In this document: piece by piece, positions 42,706-51,837 of the stretch
Layout: the number at the start of each line of letters is the position of its first letter
Numbering within the stretch: position 1 is the first letter of the stretch
Assembly (NCBI RefSeq): GCF_001194135.2
Contig: NC_068987.1
Coordinates: 88,152,861-88,206,338 of the forward strand
Direction: 5' to 3'
Source: Octopus bimaculoides
Lineage: Eukaryota
DNA: 53,478 nucleotides
Notes under the pieces: model-generated
What the model saw: only the letters and a program-made list of their open reading frames with translations
Database searches by the model: none
What the model was told of the DNA's origin: nothing
Translations under genes and position numbers: made by a program

Positions 42706-45700
42706 GAATTTAATAGATATACATAGTTATATTCGTGCATTCTCGATATTGCTTGCTTTCTGATTCATATTTCCAATCCAGTCTCAAACTGTGAAGAGAT
42801 AATTACCTCCCTTTTATATAAAAGGTCATCCACAGACCACCAGGTGTGTGTCTTAACGAAAGACAATCACTTAAAAAAAAAGTGGGAGTCGTTTAGAAAT
42901 GTATTAGAAAGAAAGAAAATACTTGTGCATTATTTAATAATTTGTAAAATTTAATGAAAAGCAATCTTTCAAATGTAGAAAATAATATTCTTGAGTCAAC
43001 TTTTGCAAAACTTCTTTGTAAAATATTTCTGAATCTTTCCACTAATTTCTTCTAAGTTGGATTTTGTTTTGGAGATTTTAAAGTTTTACTTCTTAAAATA
43101 TCCTTTGTTTACGATGGATTGTTATAGAGTCTTTTGTTGTTTCACAGGGCAACTTTAAATCAAGGGTAAGTGGAAGCACTACCACCCTCCCTCCATGCAT
43201 TATCTTGGATTAGATCCCAGTGTAGCTCCTTCAAAACTACTTCAGATGTAGACATTATTTTCAAGTGTTTTCTAGAACTTCACAAATTTCATCTGCATTA
43301 ATGGTTTCCCTTTGTGCATCTGTGTGTGTAGATGGATTCATTGAATCTCTAATAATACAGAAGTGATGTCATTTCTTTCAAATTCTGCTACTCTTAATTC
43401 AAGGTGTTTTTTTTTTTTTTTTACCTTTTTCCCATTTCAGCATTCCACTCCTAGCAACACAGGTGTCTCTATAGATCTTCTCGGGCTGGGATCTTCTACA
43501 CCTTCCACTACAAATAAGCTAACATCAGCAAGTGGTCTGCTGGTTGATGTTTTTGCTGATAATTACCCCACTGCATCAAACGGCTTAGAATCATCCGGAC
43601 TAACGTTGGGAGCAGATGAAAGTTTTAAAAAGTACGTATTTCTATTTGTTATTCTTTTATTTGTTTCAGTCATTTGACTGCGGCCATCCTGGAGCATTAC
43701 CTTTTAGTCGCACAAATCAACCCTAGGACTTATTCTTTGTAAGCCTAATACTTATTCATCGGTCTTTTTTGCTGAACCGCTAAGTTACAGGGACGTAAAC
43801 ACACCAGCATCAGTTGTCAAGAGATGGTGGGGAACAAACACACACACACATACATATACAACGGGCTTCTTTCAGTTTCTAGCTACCAAATCCACTCACA
43901 GGGCTTTGGTCAGCCCAAGCCTATAGTAGAAGACACTTGCTCAAGGATCACACAGTGGAACTGAACCTGGAACCATGTGGTTGGTAAGCAAGCTACTTAC
44001 CACACAGCCACTAGTGAAATGTTTGTTTGTTTTTTTATTCCATTTTGAAATAATAATGATATTGTAGTTTTGTAATCTTTCTCAAAATATCTCTGTGAAA
44101 TATATTGGTTGCAGGCATGGCCAAATGGTTCTGGGTTCAGCCTCACTGTGTGGCACCTTTGGGTAAGTGGGTCTTCCATTATAACTTGTGAACGAATTTG
44201 GTAAACACAAATTCTGTTTGTGTTTGTCTTCCTCTGCACTGCTTGTCGACTGGTGCTGGTTTGTTTATATTCCTGTAACTTAGCAGTCTGACAAAAATAT
44301 CTGAGTAGAAGATAAACCATAATGCTATGTTACATTTAGAATGATACATTTTTATAGTGAACCACATGCAAAAAGGCAGACTGCATGGAGGTAAGATGTA
44401 AGACCTGTAATATTGCATGTTAGTGAGACTGGGGTCTGTCAAATGGGAATACATGGCAGAAACTGGGGACGAATGCAACATGATGCAGTGAATGTATGAT
44501 GTTCACCTCCATGAAAGATGGCATGGCTGTGTGGTGAGAAGTTTGCTTCCCAACAACATGGTTCTGGGTTCAATCCCACTGTGTGGCACCTTGGGCAAAT
44601 GTCTTCTATAGCCTTGGGCTGACCAAAGCCTTGTGAATGGATTTGGTCGATAGAAGCTGAAAGAAGCCCGTTGTATATATGTGTATGTATATGTGTGTGT
44701 CTGTGTTTCTCCCCTACCCATTGCTTGACAACCTGTGCTGGTGTGTTTATGTCCCCATAATTTAATGGTTTGACAAAATACCAGGCTTTAAAAAAAGTAC
44801 TGTGGCTTGATTTATTCAACTAAGATTCTTCAAGATGGTGCCCCAACATGGTCACAGCCTAATGACTGGAACAAGTAAAAGATACAAGATAAAATGCATT
44901 GAGGGACTGACTGACCATTAGATACGTCAATTAATCCATCCCCTTTTCAAATGCTTGTAGAGTTTTGGAGTTCTTTTCCTTGCTCCAAAAGACTTTTGTT
45001 GATTTTACATTCTGTTTCTATGTTTGGGTTTTTCTCCTCTAATTTGGTAAAACCCAAGGATATGATAGAAGATACTTGCCCAAGGTATCACACAGCAGAA
45101 TTGAACCCAGAACCTCATTGTGACGTGACTTTCTTAACCACTCAGCCATCATCATCATCATCCATCATCGTTTAACGTCTGTTTTCCATGCTGGCATGGG
45201 TTGGATGGTTTGACTGAGGTCTGGGAAGCCAGAAGGCTGCACCAGGCTCCAATCTGATCTAGCAGTGTTTCTACAGCTGGATGCCCTTCCTAACGCCAAC
45301 CACTCCGAGAGTGTAGCAGATGCTTTTTACATGCCACCGGAGCTGCCAGAGGAGCTGGCATCAACCACAATTGGATGGTACTTTTTACGTGCCACCGGCA
45401 TAGAAGCCACTCAAGGCGGTACTGGCATTGGCCATGTTCGGATGGTGCTTTTTACGTGCTACTAGCATGGGGCTCACAACTACAAATTCCATTTGATTTG
45501 ATTTTGATGTTGATATACTTGACTCGGCATTGGCCATCATTATGGTATTATTTGTCTATTTGCTAATTTATTTCAAAATATCAATTTTGTGTTTTTAAAT
45601 ATCTATTTTACAGTTTGTATAAAAATTATTTCATATCATTTCAAAAAAAAGAAAAAAAACACAATGTGTATTGACTCAACTGAATGTCTTTATTTCTTTC

Positions 45701-46050
45701 TTTTTATTCTTTGCAGATTTATCTGTAAAAACAATGGTGTGCTTTTTGAAAATGACCTTTTGCAAATTGGAGTTAAATCTGAATACAGATGCAACTTGTG
45801 CCGATTAGGAATGTTTTACGGAAACAAAACATCATTCCATTTCACAGGTTTCTCCGTTGATATAGAATGTTCAGATAGAATTAGCAGTCATATCCTTTTA
45901 TTGGCATAAAACCGTATTTTGATGGCGTAAAAGATGTACAGACATAGTGCATATTCAGGAGAAGACGTTTTTAGTGCTTTAACCCTTTCATCATCATCAT
46001 CATCATCATCGTCGTCATCATCATCGTCATCGTCATCGTCATCATCATCA

Positions 46051-46091
<41 letters not shown>

Positions 46092-49000
46092 ATCATCGTC
46101 ATCATCAAATGTCCTCCTCCCGTGTTGACATGGGTTGGATGATTTGACAGGAGCTGGCAAGCTGGTTGAGCTGCACCAGGTTCCAGTTTTCTGTTTTGGT
46201 ATGGTTTCTGCACTTGGATGCCCTTCCTAACATCAACCACTTTGCAGAGTTTACTGGGTGCTTTTCACGTTGCCCCGACATCGGTTCTTTTTACATGGCA
46301 CCAGCATGGCTGCTTTTTATGTGGCACTAGCACGGGTGCTTTTCACATGGCACCAGCCATGGGTGTTTTATACGTGGCATCATCACAGGTGCTTTATATG
46401 TGCCACCATCATATTTCTGTTGATATACTCTGCATTTGTTTCAAATAATTTTGAAAAGAATTAAGAATTTAAGAAAATAACCCTTTTATTAGGATGGTGT
46501 TTGGAGCATAAATCAACATGAAATTTTGATTTACAGAATATAATAATGGCCCAACTTTGCATATTGGGTGATTCCTTGAGACAGTTTTTGGAGGGTGACA
46601 AAAGTACATCTTATGTGCCATCAAATACTGTAACTTGTTTTAACAAGTGATTTTAAAAAATTTCCTTGAACTCTGTGTTTTTTGGCATCTTGTCTGTTTG
46701 TCTTTTTCAATTGTTGGTGTATTTCCTTAACCTGCAGTACAGTTGAATATACAACCAAAACCTGTTGGAACTGTAATAGAAGGTGGGGCTCAGGTCCAGC
46801 AGATATTCAACATAGAATGTGTTGAAGAGTTTACTGAATCACCAATTGTTCACATAAAATTCATGTAAGTGTTAACTCAACTCACTTCAGAACCCTTCAA
46901 ACGGTAAAATGACAGCTTACAATAGTTGATGGTATCTGAAGTGAATTTAATTTTAATGAGGGAAGTTCTTGTTGTGTATTGGGAGGGTCATTATGCCAAT
47001 AATAAACACTGGTTCAACTTCACCTTTTTAGTTTTAATTCGTCAATTGGTTAACTATTTAACCAAGTAATTCATTGATTGTTTAGTCAATCAATCAATCA
47101 ATCAATCAGCTAGGTTTGACAATGTCCCTTTTGTCACCATTCATGATTTCATCAATACTATGCCCTCTTTCCACTGCAGATCTACTTCAGGTCACAGGAG
47201 AGACCTGCTTGATTGATGAAACAATTAATCAAATCATTGATTGGTTAAATGCTTAATTAGTTCACTAATAATAATAATAATAATAATAATAGTGTTGAAA
47301 CATCAAGAGGCTTCATCCTCAAGGCCTGCAAGCATTATTGTCAAATGGTTAATACTAAATAATTACTGGTTAAAATGTATAAAAATAATTTAGTTACTTA
47401 ATTATTCCACTGTTAAAGCAAATATTTTATCACTAACATAAGACAATGAATATTTAACTTAATAATGAATATATGGTATCCTGCATACTAGGTTCAAGTC
47501 CTGTTCAGATCAACTTTTGCTTTTTAGTTTCCATGGTTGATTAAAAAGGGTACCAATTGTCCTGGACATGACTTCAGACTGCATCCTGTAGAGGGGCCCT
47601 GGTTTCAAAGTTCCAGGGTTTTGGGGAGTATGGAACCACTTCTTAGACACTGTTGTCCCCAGATCTACTCTGACCTGGAGTAGAATCACTTGCCAGGCTC
47701 CCAGATATGGGTTAATTAGTATGTCATGGAATTATCTTCAGAAGAAGATTCCTGACAGCCACCCCAAAAGACCCTAGGCAGATGAGGCCACTGAGCTCTT
47801 TAACAACTCATCTAAGAGAAGATAACTCCATACAAATCTTGCATCCTGTTAACTAGTGGGCTTGTTGAACTTGTATCAGACTTTTGTACATAATTCTATG
47901 TACTGTATATGCACCTTTGATGAGTTGTAGTGCACCTGAGCACTATACACAATAATTTCATCATCATCATCATCATCATTATTATTATTTTAATACGAGT
48001 TTGCAGGTTGAAAGAGTGAGACCAGCTCTGCTCACAAATCTTACCCACTATAATAATATTCATTACACAGGTTGGTCAACAAACCAAGACACCGTTGCAC
48101 TTTCTTCATAAATCCAGTAGTGATAGGGAAAGGGGTAACAGGGACATGTAGAAAATGCCACTTGAAATCATCAGCTTTGACCCTGCACACAGGTAGCCAT
48201 AGGGTGATGGTCATTTTCCACAGACTTGGGGACAGATGTGGGTTTCAAACAACAATACAAGTATACTAGGAACACTCTACAGTCATGCCTTTCTGAACCC
48301 TCCTTCATCATGGCAACAAGAGGGTCCAGTTATAATTTTCGTTCATTTACTCTCCATCTACAAATTCCTGGCCTTAAGGCATTATTATAAATGACATTAC
48401 CAATATGATCACTATGAAAATGTCCAAAACAATTCTTCCTGACTATAATACCATTTCCTACTTCTCTGTTTCAGGTATAGTGGTGCTCAACAGAAAATCA
48501 GTTTAAAGTTACCTGTTACTCTAAACAAATTTATTGAATCAGTTGAAATGAATACCGAAGTATTCTTCGCTCGATGGAAAGCACTCAATAAGTGAGTAAA
48601 CTATAAATTGATAAAGCAGAAAATTTTGTTCTGTTGTCTAACATAGGCTTTGTCTTTCTACAACATCATCATCGTTTAACGCCCGTTTTCCATGCTAGCA
48701 TGGGTTGGACGCAATCTGATCTGCCAAGGTTTCTACAGCTGGATGCCCTTCCTAACGCCAACCACTCTGTGACTAGTGGGTGCTTTCTATGTGCCACTGG
48801 CATTGGGGTCAGTCAGGCGGATCTGGCATTGACCCCATTCGGATGGTGTTTATTATGATTTTTATGCCAGGGGACACTGGCATCAACCATGTTCGAATGA
48901 TGCATTTCACATGCCACCAGAATGGGAGCCATGAAAGATAAAGGGAAAATACAGTATAATTTTGTTGTTGTCTGCCTTTAACATTTCTAAAATTGACGAT

Positions 49001-51805
49001 TCTCTGTAGGGGATTCGCTAGAGAAATTGCTCTACATAGTACTGTATTTTACTCTCAAGGTCTTCCACTGTGACTCATCTTCCAAGTTAAATTCTCCAGG
49101 TTTAAATTTTGCAAACCGCCTTTGAACAGTTGATTCACCTACAGCATCATCACCATAAACTTCGCAAATGTATTTGCAAGTCTTTGCAATATTTTCTCCT
49201 TTTAAAAAAGAAAAGCATTACAATGTGACTATGAAACTTTTGGTTCTCCATTTCAAATGTCTATAAAGGGAAACTGGAATGAAAGATAAATCTATTTTTA
49301 GTCAGGAACAAAGAAGAGATGAACTACCACTTCAAGCAACGATTTTGCCAGCTTACCTAATAATAATAATGATAATAATACATTACACTTTGACTGCTTC
49401 AACTGAATATCTGGTAAAAAAAATCAGAATGCAGGTCGGAGTATGTCCACATAGAATTCTCATGAAACTCCTTATTGTAAAATATTGTATTCACTGTTAC
49501 CAAAGGGAACTTGGTAAACTGAATGTTCAGTGGTGTAGCCACTGGGGCAGCCTTTGGATCTCCCCCACAAAAGTGTTGCCCAGGGCAGATCCCCACCCTC
49601 TACTACACTTCTGAGAACATGCTGCTGCTACTGCTACAACTGTATTGCACTTATCCACTGCCTGCTCTCCAGAATTTTTCTAATTTCTATTTCAGTCTCT
49701 CTCCCTCACTAAAATACTTATTCCTACAAATCATAAACATTGACCCCTAAACCGTTGCTAATAAAAGTAAATGGAGGCAATTTGGATCTTTTTTAAAACG
49801 GGGGCCACATTTTTCATTAACAAAACACTTTGAAACTTGGAACACTGGTAGAATGTGTCATATAAAACATCTTTTTCTCTTAGTCTTCTTAAAAAAAAAA
49901 GAAATCCATAAATTATTCTATGTTAAAGTTGTCGTATTTCTGTAATTTCAACCAATCACTGACGTCCATTCAGCCGATATACATTAAGTGCCGACTACAT
50001 AAACAAACGATTCTGAAACAATTAACCCTAACCCTAACCTTAGGGTTAGGGTTAGGGTTAAAGCAAATTTAAAATGAAAAAAGCAAATAAAACGAAGGTA
50101 TGGAGATTAAATACGCTTTACATCGCTTAATCAGCCAAGGAGTAAATGTAAACAACTGAATACTTGTCAGTGATTGGTTGAAATTATCGAAATAAGACAA
50201 TTTTTTACATGAAATAAATTCGAATACAAAAATATTTTTCTGTTCTATAACACAAAATAGATAAGTATACGAAGTTTGAAAGTCTTTCGGTACCAAAAAC
50301 ACTACGTAAAACATTAATGATAAATGTGGCTTCCGTTTTAAAAAAGATCCGGCAATTTTAATTGATTATTTAATTAATTATCAATATCAATTTGAAGGAT
50401 TTCATTTTTGTGTTGTTCTTTATCTCTTATAGTCCCCAGCAAGAATCCCAGAAGATATTCCAGGCTCAGAATCAAATGGATGCAGAACAATCAAAGGCCA
50501 AGGTCAGGATCCTGTTGAATTCTTATATTTAATCACAAAAGAATTAATTAGAAAACATGTTAAGTGTATGATCCATTATGTTAATCAATTTGTATCGATT
50601 TTTCTAATTAGATTTTCTTCTTTTCTAAACATTTCAGATTCTTGGCTTCAACTTGAGTGTTTTAGAAGGCATTGATCCTAATAAAGATAACTTTGTGTCA
50701 GCTGGTATCTTACACACCAAATCCCAGCAGATTGGTTGTTTAGTACGATTAGAACCCAACTTACAAGCTCAGGTATGAAAGGTTTATCACTACACTTATC
50801 ATCATCATCATCATTTACTGTCTGTCTTCCTTGCTGGCATGGGTTGGATGGTTTGACAGGAGCTGGAAAGCCAGAAGACTGCACCTGGCACATATCATCA
50901 TCTGTTTTGGCAAGGTTTCTAAAGCTGGACACTCTTCCTAATGCCAACCACTTTACTGTGTGTACTGTGGCACCTGCACTGGTACTTTTTATGTGGCACC
51001 AGTATGGGTGCTTTTTACGTGGCACCAGCATGTGTGCTTTTTATACAACAAGGAATCACTTGTTTGATCGACCAGATTCTTTGCTCTTTGAATGTGTGTA
51101 TGAGTGGCTGACTATTCCGGAACCACTTATAATTCTCTGACAGAATATCCATGACACAGTGTTTGATAAAGCTGCTACATCTTGGAACTAGAAACATAAT
51201 CCATCCTGTGGGCTTCTGTACAGTCTTTGTCTTCCGAGTTTCACTAACAAGGTTTCAGTTGCCCTGAGGCAGAAATAAAAGGTGCTAAGCAGTGTAATTG
51301 AACCAGTGACCTCATGGTCAAACGGTTGAGAAGTTTAAGAGGCAGGCAGTAATATTGTATTATTATATATCATGGACTTCTTCCTTAGAAGGCTCTGCAC
51401 TGCATTTGAGGGTTATCAAAACCGAAAATGGTTAAGAAGCTTGCTTTGCAGTCATGTAGTTTTAGGTTCAGTCCTGTTGCATGACACCTTGGGCAAGTGT
51501 CTGCTACTATAACAATAGGATGACCAAGCCTTGTGAGTGAATTTGGTAAACAGAATCTGTATGGAAACCTGTTTTGCATATGGATACATATCTGTACATG
51601 TGTCTGTATTTGTCATCCACCATGTTTGACAACCATTGTTGGTTTGTTTACGTCCTCATAACTTAACAAAATAGATCAATAGACGAAGTACCAGACTTAC
51701 AAAATAAGTTCTTGGGTTGATTAGTTCGATGGGAACCCTTCAAATTACTTTTGCTGATGAGTTGGATTGCACTGGCTGAGCACTGTATGCAATAAGGTCA
51801 TCATC

Positions 51806-51837
<32 letters not shown>

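Noticed and set aside
45888-46240. Poly-Asp, poly-Ser and MT-repeat ORFs
   Set aside because: Translations of the CAT/CGT microsatellite
40123-48591. Codons where A-to-I editing could restore human-like residues (ATG->GTG in RSMEY, AGT->GGT in YSG)
   Set aside because: These positions vary among animals; cannot be supported without RNA data
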